This document shows positions 18,681 through 27,899 of a stretch of DNA of 64,000 nucleotides, piece after piece. Source of the DNA: an uncultured Nitrososphaerota archaeon (GTDB lineage Archaea > Thermoproteota > Methanomethylicia > Nezhaarchaeales > B40-G2); assembly GCA_964626365.1 (NCBI GenBank), contig CAZVDL010000006.1, positions 144 to 64,143 on the forward strand, written 5' to 3'. The position numbers were made by a program, and so were the translations under genes. Position 1 is the first letter of the stretch. Every line of letters starts with the position of its first letter. A model generated the notes under the pieces. It did not search any database and had not been told where the DNA came from. It saw only the letters and a list, made by a program, of their open reading frames with translations.

Positions 18681-19739
18681 ATGAAGATGGCCTCCATCAG
18701 GGTCATATTTAACGTTACGTCGCGGTGTAACTTGGCGTGCCGCCACTGCTACGCCTCAGAGTTTACCTCAGGTTCAGAGCTAACGACCGACGAGGCTATG
18801 GGAGTGCTGGAGGAGGTCGCTAAACTGTTCGGCGGCGCTAAGGTCATCTTCAGTGGAGGGGAGCCGCTACTGCGTAGCGATTTACCTGAGCTGGTCTCTT
18901 ACGCCTCTAGGCTGGGGTTAAGGGCCTCGCTGGCCACCAACGGCCTGCTTCTAAGCTTAGACAAGGCTCTTGAGCTTAAGCGGCTAGGCCTAGAGGAGGT
19001 CTCCGTAAGCCTTGAGTCGGCTGACAAGAGGCTTCACGAGGAGGTGAGGGGTGAAGGTAGCTACGAGGCTGCCTTGAATGCTGTGAAGACGTGTAAGGAA
19101 GCTGGGCTCAGGGTCCTCATAGACCCATGTATCACCTCGCTCAACCTGGCTGAGGCTCCTAGGCTAGTGGAGTTAGCTTGGAGGCTGGGCGTGGACGGGA
19201 TGAGGGTCTTCCATTACGTGCCCATAGGTAGGGGGAGATCGTGGGTTAAGGAGGCTCAGCTGACTCCTCAACGGTTCGCTACATGGCTTCTCCAGCTCTA
19301 TGGCCTACAGCTAGCTCACCCCCAACTGCCCATCTACACCGTGCAGGCCCCCCAATACACAGTGCTGCTGGCTAAGGGCGCCAAGGAGGGGGTTGAAGCC
19401 GCGCGTAGGATGCTGCCTGAGCTTAGCCCTGGGTGTAGGGCGGCTTTGAACACGATAGCCATCAAGCACAACGGGGACGTAACCCCGTGCCCTCTATGGA
19501 GCGCTAAGCTAGGCAACGTGCGCCTCGAGGGCTTAAGGGAGGCCTTAAACTCGCCTTTAGCTGAAAGCCTTAAACGTAGAGCCGAGAAGGTTAAGGGTAG
19601 ATGCGCGCGCTGCGCCTACGTAGAGCTTTGCGGAGGTTGTAGGGTTAGAGCCTACGCGGCCTACGGAGACTACTTCGCCGAGGACCCTCTATGTGGCGAT
19701 GCGCTCTATAAGCCTAGGGAGGAGGGCCTTGAAGCCTAG
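18681..19739 (+). CDS. Radical SAM/SPASM protein (AhbC/AhbD/NirJ-like)
   Basis: CNLACRHC, SGGEPL, SPASM GC...GDVTPC...CARC...CGGCR...EDPLC. Confidence 0.9.
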   Translation: MKMASIRVIFNVTSRCNLACRHCYASEFTSGSELTTDEAMGVLEEVAKLFGGAKVIFSGGEPLLRSDLPELVSYASRLGLRASLATNGLLLSLDKALELKRLGLEEVSVSLESADKRLHEEVRGEGSYEAALNAVKTCKEAGLRVLIDPCITSLNLAEAPRLVELAWRLGVDGMRVFHYVPIGRGRSWVKEAQLTPQRFATWLLQLYGLQLAHPQLPIYTVQAPQYTVLLAKGAKEGVEAARRMLPELSPGCRAALNTIAIKHNGDVTPCPLWSAKLGNVRLEGLREALNSPLAESLKRRAEKVKGRCARCAYVELCGGCRVRAYAAYGDYFAEDPLCGDALYKPREEGLEA

Positions 19740-20556
19740 TCTCGTGAGGAGGCTGGCCAGGCTTAAGCGTAGGTTATACCGCGAGCTGCTCCTTAAGGCG
19801 TTAAAGGAGCTGACTAGGCTGGAGGACCCCCTAATAGTGGTGGACTGTGGCTGCGGCTCAGCTTACGAGGTAGCCTACGGGCTTTCTCCCTCGCTAAGCG
19901 CCGTGTTAAGCTGCCGAGCCCTAACGTTGCTGTTGTTAGACATGAGCCGAGCTGCGGTTAAATCGGCGGTTGAACTGTCTAAGAGGAGCCTTGAGCATCC
20001 ATCGGTGGAGGTCCACGGGGTGGTATGCGACGTATTTAAGCTACCCTTAAAGTTACCTCTAAGCGGAGGAACCCTCGGCTTCTATGGCTCAGTGCTACAT
20101 GAGCTTAGGTCGCAGGGCAGACTACCTGAGGCCTTAGCTGAGGCTTCACGCTACTTTAAGGTGGTGGCGGGCTACGAGTACGTGGACCCAGACCCTAAAG
20201 GCAGGCTCCGCCTAGAACTAAACAGCTTAACCTCCAAGGTTAAGCGTAGGCTCCGCCTGGTGGCTAAGGAGGCCGGTGAGACCTTAGGGCGTAGGCCCAA
20301 GTTAACCTTGGTCCTAGAGGCCTGTTACCAGCTAGGGGTAGCACCTAAACAGCCACCTAGGCATCTACACTTCGCGTTTAGGGCTGAGGACCTTAAGCTC
20401 GCCCTGACCTCGATAGGCTTGGCTGTGAAGTGGTTTAAGCTCTACGATGTAAACAGCGAGGCTGAGCTTAGGCTTAAACGCGCTGGCCTAGCTCTCCCTT
20501 TAAAGGAGCCTTTAATGGGCAGGGCAGCTTGGGTGGCTGTTAAGGAGGGGGAGTAA
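19729..20556 (+). CDS. Class I SAM-dependent methyltransferase-like protein
   Basis: VVDCGCGS, LLDMS, VCDVFKLP, SVLHE; GGAGG SD before TTG 19729; overlaps the radical SAM gene. Confidence 0.65.
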   Translation: MKPSLVRRLARLKRRLYRELLLKALKELTRLEDPLIVVDCGCGSAYEVAYGLSPSLSAVLSCRALTLLLLDMSRAAVKSAVELSKRSLEHPSVEVHGVVCDVFKLPLKLPLSGGTLGFYGSVLHELRSQGRLPEALAEASRYFKVVAGYEYVDPDPKGRLRLELNSLTSKVKRRLRLVAKEAGETLGRRPKLTLVLEACYQLGVAPKQPPRHLHFAFRAEDLKLALTSIGLAVKWFKLYDVNSEAELRLKRAGLALPLKEPLMGRAAWVAVKEGE

Positions 20557-20620
20557 AAAGATTTTTAAATTTAGGGGGTTCAACCTTAAAGGTAAAGCTG
20601 GCAGTCTTGAGGAGGTATCC

Positions 20621-20971
20621 ATGAGTAAGGACCAAGTCGTTGGAGCATTGCTCGTGCTAGTATCCATAGTCGTGATCGTACTGTATGTATGGTTCGTGTT
20701 CTTCCCAGGATGGCTGGTGCCCCCATGGATAGACATAGTGGTGTTGAAGCTGACAGGCACCGTGGCCATCATCGTGGTCTTCGGCATACTGGCATGGATA
20801 GGCTACACATTAGCGACCACGCCTCCACCCAAACCGATAGAGGAGATCGAGAAGGAACTTGAGCAGGAGCTTAAGGAGCTAGAGAAGAAGGAGGAAGAGG
20901 AAAAGAAGGAGGAGAAACCCGCTGAAGAAAGTAAACCTGAAGAAGCTAAAGGGGAAGGGCAACAGCAGTAA
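20621..20971 (+). CDS. Two-TM membrane protein with acidic coiled-coil tail
   Basis: GGAGGT SD; two TM helices then TTPPPKPIEEIEKELE. Confidence 0.85.
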   Translation: MSKDQVVGALLVLVSIVVIVLYVWFVFFPGWLVPPWIDIVVLKLTGTVAIIVVFGILAWIGYTLATTPPPKPIEEIEKELEQELKELEKKEEEEKKEEKPAEESKPEEAKGEGQQQ

Positions 20972-20994
20972 AACTCTCTTTAACCTTCCTAATT

Positions 20995-21405
20995 TTATAG
21001 GCCAAGCTTCTCCTTAACTAGCTCCAATAGCTCCCCTGCTTTCTCGACCTCGTACCTTATCAAGCCGGTGTCTATGATATCCTCGTGGAGCATCTCTCCC
21101 TTAAACAGCCTGCTACGCGCTACAAACCTCTCGTAGAGCCCTCGCCTCGAGAGTTCGGGATCCTCAGACTCTATGTACATTAACAGCCGCCTCCTCTCGT
21201 AATGGCTCCTAGGTAGTTGCGAGGATCTCTTGAATATCAAGGCGTCGACGGCCTGCGTGACAGCCTCCCAAGCCCTTGTAGCGGCGTCCTTCATCTTAAT
21301 CATGCTGTTCTCTCTAACCCCCTCCTCAAGGCACCTTAAAGCCTCACGGTAAAGGCTTAGCGCGGAGCTAAGCAAGCTCTCCGAGCTGCTAGGCATGGGC
21401 TCCAA
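20995..21405 (-). CDS. PaREP1-like (HEPN superfamily) protein
   Basis: DAATRAWEAVTQAVDALI...PRSHYERRRLL. Confidence 0.7.
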   Translation of the reverse strand: MEPMPSSSESLLSSALSLYREALRCLEEGVRENSMIKMKDAATRAWEAVTQAVDALIFKRSSQLPRSHYERRRLLMYIESEDPELSRRGLYERFVARSRLFKGEMLHEDIIDTGLIRYEVEKAGELLELVKEKLGL

Positions 21406-21441
21406 GCCTCAAACCCCCATAGCTGGGCCCAGCTCTTCTAT

Positions 21442-21921
21442 TTAAGGGGTTTGTATAATGAGCTTGCAGTTCACGGCCTTAAAGCCCGCGTTTAGGCCTG
21501 CACGCCCAACGACCCCCGTGCAGTTCACCGAGTGCGACAGGAAGCCATAACCTACCTCCCTAAACACGAACACGCTATCCTTAGCCTTAAAGCCGCAGAA
21601 GTGCCTAGCGGTGTCGCCTCTCACCTTGACGCCTCTAGCCTCGACGAAGGCGTAATCTAGGCCAGAGCATAAGTCGCCGACCTCGAAAAGCCCCCTAGCC
21701 TTGGTCTGCTCCTCGGCCTCCAAGGTTAAGAGGTAGCCTACGGTCTTACGTTCGCGGTAGGTAAGTTCCTCGTACCTATCCTTGGCCTCGAGGATCAAGG
21801 CCATCCTATCAGCCTTAAGCTTACTCAGCGCCTCCTCGACTCTAGCTCTCCAATCCTCGGTCACAGCATATCGGTTCGGGTTAACCATGCGCAGCAGCTC
21901 GTCGAGCTTACTACCGTTCAA
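21442..21921 (-). CDS. Hypothetical protein with Gly-periodic, beta-helix-like C-terminus
   Basis: Typical codon usage; VRGDTARHFCGFKA / VGYGFLSHS / AGLNAGFKA periodicity. Confidence 0.55.
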   Translation of the reverse strand: MNGSKLDELLRMVNPNRYAVTEDWRARVEEALSKLKADRMALILEAKDRYEELTYRERKTVGYLLTLEAEEQTKARGLFEVGDLCSGLDYAFVEARGVKVRGDTARHFCGFKAKDSVFVFREVGYGFLSHSVNCTGVVGRAGLNAGFKAVNCKLIIQTP

Positions 21922-22082
21922 GGCTAGCTTAGGCCGAGGCTGCCTCGCTATAAAACTCGCTACTCCTTAACCGCGGCCGTGGCCACCACCATGAAGGGAA
22001 CTTGCCGCCTCCAACTATGCACCATTCAGCGCCTTGTTCACGGTTATGTCTCTAACCGTAGCCTTCTCGCCTCATCGAGGCG

Positions 22083-22508
22083 GTGAAGTTTGAAGGAAAA
22101 GGAATAAATGTAAGGTTGGAGTCCCCAATTGACGTGGGCAAGGAGCACGACGCTAGACATCTAGCAGGCTCGGTCTTCGTAGCCTGCATGTTCATAGGCG
22201 CTGGCATAGGCTTAATCTTCGATAGGCCGGACGTAGGAGGAGCCATAGGCATGGGAGTAGGCTTTCTACTTATGGGGTTGATTAAAGCTAGAGGCGTTGA
22301 AGCTCAGCCCATCACCATAGACCTGCCTAGGACGCTTTCCTCAGCTCTGATGGTAATGCTGGGGGTCCTCGTAATAGCGATTGGGGGAGTCATTCTCCTT
22401 AAGCCGGAGTGGCTTTATCCCTACGTCGTCGCCATGGCGGCTATGGCCTTAGGGGCTTTCATCTTGACTGCCGGCCTATTAAGCCTCGCGAGGAAGCCCA
22501 GCGGTTAA
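22083..22508 (+). CDS. Four-TM membrane protein
   Basis: FVACMFIGAGIGLIF, GGAIGMGVGFLLM. Confidence 0.7.
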   Translation: MKFEGKGINVRLESPIDVGKEHDARHLAGSVFVACMFIGAGIGLIFDRPDVGGAIGMGVGFLLMGLIKARGVEAQPITIDLPRTLSSALMVMLGVLVIAIGGVILLKPEWLYPYVVAMAAMALGAFILTAGLLSLARKPSG

Positions 22509-22555
22509 AAGCAGGGCTTCAGTTATAAGCGGGTTCTAGGGCCCCCACCACAGGG

Positions 22556-23188
22556 ATGCGGAGCGTTAAGCGCTGCAAGGTCTGTGGGGTGTACGTAGAG
22601 GAGGACATGCACTGCGGAGCGCCTTGCCTCGAGGTCCTCGATGGCGCTCGGAGGCTTAGGTTAAGCAGGCTTATGTCGGCGGTGCTTAGGCACGTAGCCC
22701 CGAGCTTCGGCCTAAGGATTAACCGTGGAGGCTGGGTCCCGATACGTAGCCTCGTGGAGGCGTTGAAGGTTAGGTGTCCGTGGCTTAAAGAGGAGCACGT
22801 CGTGGCTGTGGCTATGACCGACCCTAAGGGGCGCTTCGAGGTTAAGGGGGGCCTAATCAGGGCTAGGTATGGCCACTCCCTCAGCGTACATATAGACTAC
22901 CCTGAGGACGCATCTGTAAACCGCCTATACCACGGCACCGTCAAGCCCAGGGACGAGCTCATACTCAGGGAGGGCATTAAACCGATGAAGAGGAGGATGG
23001 TCCACCTATCGCCCACCATCGAGGACGCCCTGCTAAACGCCTCTAGGTGGAGGGGGCACCCCATCGTAATAGAGGTGGACGCTGAGAGGCTTAGGAGGAT
23101 GGGCTTTAAGGTGTATAGAGCGTCACCCTCAGTTTACCTAACTCCTTACGTACCACCCTCCTGCATAGTCAGGGTGATAGAGCCTTAA
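22556..23188 (+). CDS. kptA: RNA 2'-phosphotransferase (Tpt1/KptA)
   Basis: SAVLRH, KGRFE, IRARYGHS, LYHGT, VHLS. Confidence 0.95.
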   Translation: MRSVKRCKVCGVYVEEDMHCGAPCLEVLDGARRLRLSRLMSAVLRHVAPSFGLRINRGGWVPIRSLVEALKVRCPWLKEEHVVAVAMTDPKGRFEVKGGLIRARYGHSLSVHIDYPEDASVNRLYHGTVKPRDELILREGIKPMKRRMVHLSPTIEDALLNASRWRGHPIVIEVDAERLRRMGFKVYRASPSVYLTPYVPPSCIVRVIEP

Positions 23189-23220
23189 AACCCCTAAGCC
23201 TAAGCAGGGATATAGGGGTG

Positions 23221-23319
23221 TTGAAGCTGGCTAGGAGGAACCGTTTCATCTCCATCATAGGCATCGTGATAATAGTGCTACTGTTGGTATCGACGCTAGC
23301 CGTGTTCTTCTTACGTTAA
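23221..23319 (+). CDS. 32-aa single-TM microprotein
   Basis: MKLARRNRFISIIGIVIIVLLLVSTLAVFFLR*; preceded by GGGGTG; fills the kptA-rps25e gap. Confidence 0.65.
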   Translation: MKLARRNRFISIIGIVIIVLLLVSTLAVFFLR

Positions 23320-23371
23320 GGCGCTTGCTTTAAAAGTGTGCGCCTACGCGTTACGTTAAGGGTGGTGTAGA

Positions 23372-23734
23372 GTGGGAGGTACTAAGAAGAAGACTATCTC
23401 ACAGATGGAGAAGCAGCAGAAGCTAAAGGAGCGCAAGGAGAAAGAGAAGGCGGAGAGGGAGCGCCGTAAAAGGGAGGAGAAGGAGCAGCGCGACCGCAGC
23501 GTCAAGATGGTGGCGGCCTCTGAGGAGCAGATTAAAATCATAGAGCAGGAGGCCTTAAACAACGGCTACGTGACCCCGTACACCGTGGCCTCCAAGCTGA
23601 ACGTTAGGCTGAGCGTAGCTAAGATATTGCTTCGCGACGCCGAGGCTAGAGGTGTGATCAGGCTGGTGTCTAAGAGCCCCAGGGCCATTATCTACGCGCC
23701 TGCTAAAGTAGCCGTAGCTGCCTCGGCTAAGTGA
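23372..23734 (+). CDS. rps25e: 30S ribosomal protein S25e (eS25)
   Basis: MGGTKKKTISQMEK, YVTPYTVASKLNVRLSVAKILLR, IIYAP. Confidence 0.92.
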   Translation: MGGTKKKTISQMEKQQKLKERKEKEKAERERRKREEKEQRDRSVKMVAASEEQIKIIEQEALNNGYVTPYTVASKLNVRLSVAKILLRDAEARGVIRLVSKSPRAIIYAPAKVAVAASAK

Positions 23735-24257
23735 AGAGGGCCAGCGACACTCCTCTTTTAACCTTAGGGAGCTTCTCAGTCGCGTTTATCACGCCGCTTG
23801 GCGACCTCTCCACGTAACCAAGCTCTACAAGCTTCCTGACGACTTTCTGAGGCTCTGAGACCCCCATTAGCTTCAAGTCGTCGATGAGCCTGAGCTCACC
23901 TACGCTCCAATAATCGTTCAAGTAGGATATGGCGAGCTCCAAGTCCTTATCCGGTACGGCCTCCTCCACTTTCCTCGGCTTGGTCTCTACAGGCTTAGCC
24001 GGCTTCTCGGCCTCCTTAAGCTTAACCACTACTGGGGCGGTTAGCCCCTCTAGCCCCTCTACCTCCTTAAACCCCTGCGGGGCCTCCACGACCCCCCTCT
24101 TAACCATCTCGTTTAGGATCACCGTGGCCACTAGGGCTGAGCCTAGGTCTTCGCGCTGAGCCCACTCTACGATATCCTCAAACCTGGCTTCTCCACCTCT
24201 CTCCTCGATGGCTCTCCTATAGCGCTCTAGTAGCTTCTCGAAGGCGTCCTCAGTCAA
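23727..24257 (-). CDS. Hypothetical protein with two winged-helix-like domains
   Basis: LNEMVKRGVV and VRKLVELGYVER units joined by a Lys/Pro/Glu linker. Confidence 0.65.
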   Translation of the reverse strand: MTEDAFEKLLERYRRAIEERGGEARFEDIVEWAQREDLGSALVATVILNEMVKRGVVEAPQGFKEVEGLEGLTAPVVVKLKEAEKPAKPVETKPRKVEEAVPDKDLELAISYLNDYWSVGELRLIDDLKLMGVSEPQKVVRKLVELGYVERSPSGVINATEKLPKVKRGVSLALFT

Positions 24258-24291
24258 AACTTGTCCTCCAACTACCTATCCACGAGCTCTC

Positions 24292-24912
24292 TTAAACCTG
24301 TACTTCCTCCCCCTCCTCCAAGCAGCCTTCAATTAGCTTGCGCCTCTCAGCTTGAAGCCTCTCGAACTTAGCCCTCCTCTCGTACTTCTTACGCCTGCTT
24401 CTAGCTATAGCCACGTACACCCTCTTAGATTTCTCCCTGTACTCTACCCTCAACGTCACCTCACGGTCCATCCACTCATCTTTCATTAATATAAACCGTA
24501 CCTTCCTTCGATGGGGGAACTTGACCACCATTATGGGGATGGGCTTGAAGCCCCTCGAGATCAGCTGGTGGTAGCGGTCATGAAGCCTCTCGTAGTCCCA
24601 GGGCTCTATGTGGAAGACGTCTCTACGCGAAATCTTACACTCTATGAGCTTGACTTGGGGCGCCTTGTTGAAGACTATTAAGTCCACTCCTCCGAAGCTA
24701 TGCTCGCTTTTAAAGGCGACCGACCCTCTCTTAAACCTGTTGTAGAGCTGCCTCTCGAAGCGCTCGCCGTCAGGGTATATCTTGGACCGGTACTGGTAGC
24801 TCTTCAAGGTCTCATCGAGCTTGGCCCTGGCCTCCTCGATCTTCCCCTCGTCTATGAGCTTAATGGCCTCCTCCAAGGCCTTGTCGAAGCGGTGGTAGTA
24901 GAGCTTCAACAC
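24292..24912 (-). CDS. Hjc-like PD-(D/E)xK nuclease
   Basis: GERFERQL...GVDLIV...LIECK. Confidence 0.75.
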   Translation of the reverse strand: MLKLYYHRFDKALEEAIKLIDEGKIEEARAKLDETLKSYQYRSKIYPDGERFERQLYNRFKRGSVAFKSEHSFGGVDLIVFNKAPQVKLIECKISRRDVFHIEPWDYERLHDRYHQLISRGFKPIPIMVVKFPHRRKVRFILMKDEWMDREVTLRVEYREKSKRVYVAIARSRRKKYERRAKFERLQAERRKLIEGCLEEGEEVQV

Positions 24913-25008
24913 CGCTTCACCGGCGGCTCCAGAAAGTAGGGGGGTGGACCACTTAGCTTTACCGGCGGTCGGTTTAAAAAGGGGCCCTGTAGCAGAGACA
25001 GAGCTACT

Positions 25009-25503
25009 ATGCTGGTGGGCCTAATCTCTGACACCCACGACAATCCCCACGCCATTAAGAGGGCTGTGGAGCTCTTCAACTCTGAGGGCGTGGAGCTGGT
25101 GCTTCATGCAGGGGACTATGTGGCGCCGTTCACGGCTGAGTACTTCAGGGGGCTTAAGGCCAGGCTGATAGGCGTCTACGGCAACGTGGATGGGGACCGC
25201 GAGCTGTTAAAGGAGCGGTATGGATCCATTGGGGCTGAGATTAAGGGGTATGCAGCCTTCATGGAGCTGGAGGGCGTAAAGGTGGTCCTGATCCACGGCT
25301 CCCCGCCCGAGATCGTGGAGGCCCTAGCTAAGTGCGGAGACTACGACTTGGTGGTACACGGACACACGCATAAGCCTCGCTGCGAGAGGCTAGGCAAGAC
25401 CTTGGTGGTGAACCCCGGCGAGGCATGCGGCTACCTTACAGGCAAGATGACCGTGGCCCTCGTAGAGCTGCCAAGCCTAAAAGCTAGGCACGTGGAGCTT
25501 TAA
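25009..25503 (+). CDS. Metallophosphoesterase (YfcE/MJ0936 family)
   Basis: SDTH, HAGD, GNVD, HGHTH, NPG. Confidence 0.93.
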   Translation: MLVGLISDTHDNPHAIKRAVELFNSEGVELVLHAGDYVAPFTAEYFRGLKARLIGVYGNVDGDRELLKERYGSIGAEIKGYAAFMELEGVKVVLIHGSPPEIVEALAKCGDYDLVVHGHTHKPRCERLGKTLVVNPGEACGYLTGKMTVALVELPSLKARHVEL

Positions 25504-25546
25504 GGTTGAATAAAGAAGCTGGCCGGGGTTAAAGTACCCCCGCTGC

Positions 25547-26233
25547 TTAGGAGGAGCCTCCACGCTCCCTCTCCACTACAGCCTCGAGCTCCTTGATGGC
25601 CTTCTCAGCCTCCTCAACGTCCACGGCCTCGCTGGCCTCGATTAGGCTCTGAAGCCCTCTCCTCACGGTCTCAGCCATGCTTCCTTGGGCTGGCAGCTTC
25701 CCCCTGACAAGCACTGGGTTGGGTTCGAGCACAGCGCCCCTAACAGCTATGAGGTCGCCTAGAGGCGTAGCTGCGAGCATCCCCACCTTTCTCTCTCCCA
25801 GCATTACCTCTAGGACGCAGTCGCCCATGGCCGTCGTCACCACCTCCTTAACCTCGTAGGCTATCCTCTCGGCTACTACCTCCTCAGCTACGGCCACTAC
25901 CTTCTCCACGTGCTTAGCCACCTCGTCGTCGGGCACACGCTTAAAGTACTCCACCTTCAAGGTGTCATACTTCCAGGAGATCTTTCCTCCCGACACGTCG
26001 TAGTCGATCCTCGCTCTTATCACGTCGCCCTTGTCTGACTTAAGCTCGTCGACGACTATCCTATAGAGCAACCTGTTTAGCTCAGCCGATGCTCTAGCTA
26101 CCTCTCGACTGTCTACCTCGCCCCTCTTAACGGCGTCCCTTAGCTGGGCGAAGAGGGTCTTCCTGATTTTGTCAGCATACGCACCAACTATAATGAACCC
26201 TGTACTTAGCTGCAAGCTCAACACCCCTAGCAA
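25547..26233 (-). CDS. ThermoDBP-related (DUF2258) nucleic-acid-binding protein
   Basis: LSTGFIIVGAYADKIRKTLFA, AELNRLLY, KGDVIRARIDY. Confidence 0.85.
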   Translation of the reverse strand: MLGVLSLQLSTGFIIVGAYADKIRKTLFAQLRDAVKRGEVDSREVARASAELNRLLYRIVVDELKSDKGDVIRARIDYDVSGGKISWKYDTLKVEYFKRVPDDEVAKHVEKVVAVAEEVVAERIAYEVKEVVTTAMGDCVLEVMLGERKVGMLAATPLGDLIAVRGAVLEPNPVLVRGKLPAQGSMAETVRRGLQSLIEASEAVDVEEAEKAIKELEAVVERERGGSS

Positions 26234-26271
26234 CTAAGCGCGGCCTCTTTTTAAGTTGACCACCTAGGGCT

Positions 26272-27306
26272 CTAGGCTTTAAAGAGCCCTAGCTTCGACC
26301 TAACTCTTCTAGCGGCCTCCACCATGACCTTCAGCTTGGAGGCCGCTATGAGCTGCCCCCTATCGTCCTTAAAGTAGAACTTAAGCCCCCCGAAGCCGCA
26401 GTCGGGGTGTATTAACAGCCTCTCAAAGCCCAGCTTCCTACCCGCAGCCTCTATGAAGGCTTCAACCTCCTCTACGCTCTCCACAACCTCAGCCCAGCTA
26501 CGCTTACCAGACGCCACCTCCATTAGGAGCTGAGGCTCAGGGTTTGAGTCTACGCAACCTAGCCCCACCATCTTATCGTGCACCTCCAAGGCCCTTCGAT
26601 CCAAGGCGTCGAGGTTGGCGGGGGTAGCCTTAAAGGCGAAGCTTAGCACAGGGATCTCAGACCTCATCAATAAGTTGATGACCGGCTTAACGTCTCCACA
26701 GCAGTGGAGCGAGGGGATGGACCTGTCGAAGGCCTTAGAGACCACGCTCAGCGCCTCCAGTATAACGTCCTCGCTGAGCCCAGCGTAGAGCGCGTAGGGC
26801 AGCGAGGGCTCATCTATGGTTATCAGCTTAGCCCCGGCCTCGTCGTACCCCTTAACTATCGAGGCTACGACTTTAGCCAGCGACAGCACCACGTCTGGGT
26901 ACTCCACGGCCCTATGCTTATTCGAGACCTTAATGACCGAGGCCAGGGTGACAGGGCCCGTAACAGGGACCTTAACCCCGAGCACCTTATCGCTAAGTCC
27001 TCTCTCGGAGAGGAACCTTAAGGCGAACTCGAGGAACTCTAAGGCTATAGGTTTAGAGGGCGGCTTAGGCTCACCCACGAGCCACGCCTCTCCCCCCCTT
27101 ATCTCCACACCGCATCCCTGCTCAGCGAGGGGCTCGAGGAACATCAGGTTCATGTCGAGGAGCTGGCCGTAGCAGGGGTAGTCGATGCCGGCCTCCACTT
27201 GGTCCTTGATCGCCCTGGCCATGTTTTCGTAGGAGTGGGGGAGCGGAAAGCTCCCTATCACCGTGGTTCTAAGCTGGCCCAGCAGCTCGTCGATCTTGGC
27301 CATCAA
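26272..27306 (-). CDS. Core methionine synthase (MetE C-terminal domain only, MesA-like)
   Basis: TTVIGSFP, VTGPVTL, IDEPS, Zn ligands LHCC and PDCG. Confidence 0.8.
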   Translation of the reverse strand: MMAKIDELLGQLRTTVIGSFPLPHSYENMARAIKDQVEAGIDYPCYGQLLDMNLMFLEPLAEQGCGVEIRGGEAWLVGEPKPPSKPIALEFLEFALRFLSERGLSDKVLGVKVPVTGPVTLASVIKVSNKHRAVEYPDVVLSLAKVVASIVKGYDEAGAKLITIDEPSLPYALYAGLSEDVILEALSVVSKAFDRSIPSLHCCGDVKPVINLLMRSEIPVLSFAFKATPANLDALDRRALEVHDKMVGLGCVDSNPEPQLLMEVASGKRSWAEVVESVEEVEAFIEAAGRKLGFERLLIHPDCGFGGLKFYFKDDRGQLIAASKLKVMVEAARRVRSKLGLFKA

Positions 27307-27899
27307 GCCTCCACCACTAAGCTAGCTATCCTGTTCTCGAGCTTCGCCCTACAGGAGCTACAGTACTCAGAGGTCTTATAGTCCGTGTCCGCTATGCTGT
27401 TACTAAACCTCATTACGCAGGCTGGGTTTGAGCAGTGGGTTAAACCGAAGGTGTGGCCAAGCTCGTGGACGGCCTCCTTCAACGCCCTCTCAAAGAAAAC
27501 CCCCCTCTCAACCGGGGCGTAGAGGCCCAGCTTAAGCCTAGCTAGGTATATGACGGCGTAGCTACCGTCTATCTCAGCCTCGCCGAACACGAAGTTAAGC
27601 CCAGGCGTGTAGGCGTCCACGTCGGCCACCCCTAGGACCTTGAAGTTTAGGGGCTTAGGGCCGTGCAGGTCCTTGAGCGCCTTCAATATGGCCGGCGAGA
27701 AGTACTGCCTCCTCCAGTCATCGAAGGCCCAGCGGGGCGGAGGTAGAGGCTCCTCAGCCACTACACACGTAGACCAGGGGACCCTGAGCTCAACCCCCCG
27801 GCTAAGGTAGGCCAAGAGGTCCTCCTCAACCTCACCTATAGGCTGTAGGAGGACGGTGACCAGCGCCGCCTTAACTCCGTGCAGCCCTCTCACCTCCAT
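27303..27899 (-). CDS. amzA: Archaemetzincin
   Basis: LNFVFGEA, HELGHTFGLTHC, CVMRFS, CxxC. Confidence 0.93.
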   Translation of the reverse strand: MEVRGLHGVKAALVTVLLQPIGEVEEDLLAYLSRGVELRVPWSTCVVAEEPLPPPRWAFDDWRRQYFSPAILKALKDLHGPKPLNFKVLGVADVDAYTPGLNFVFGEAEIDGSYAVIYLARLKLGLYAPVERGVFFERALKEAVHELGHTFGLTHCSNPACVMRFSNSIADTDYKTSEYCSSCRAKLENRIASLVVEA

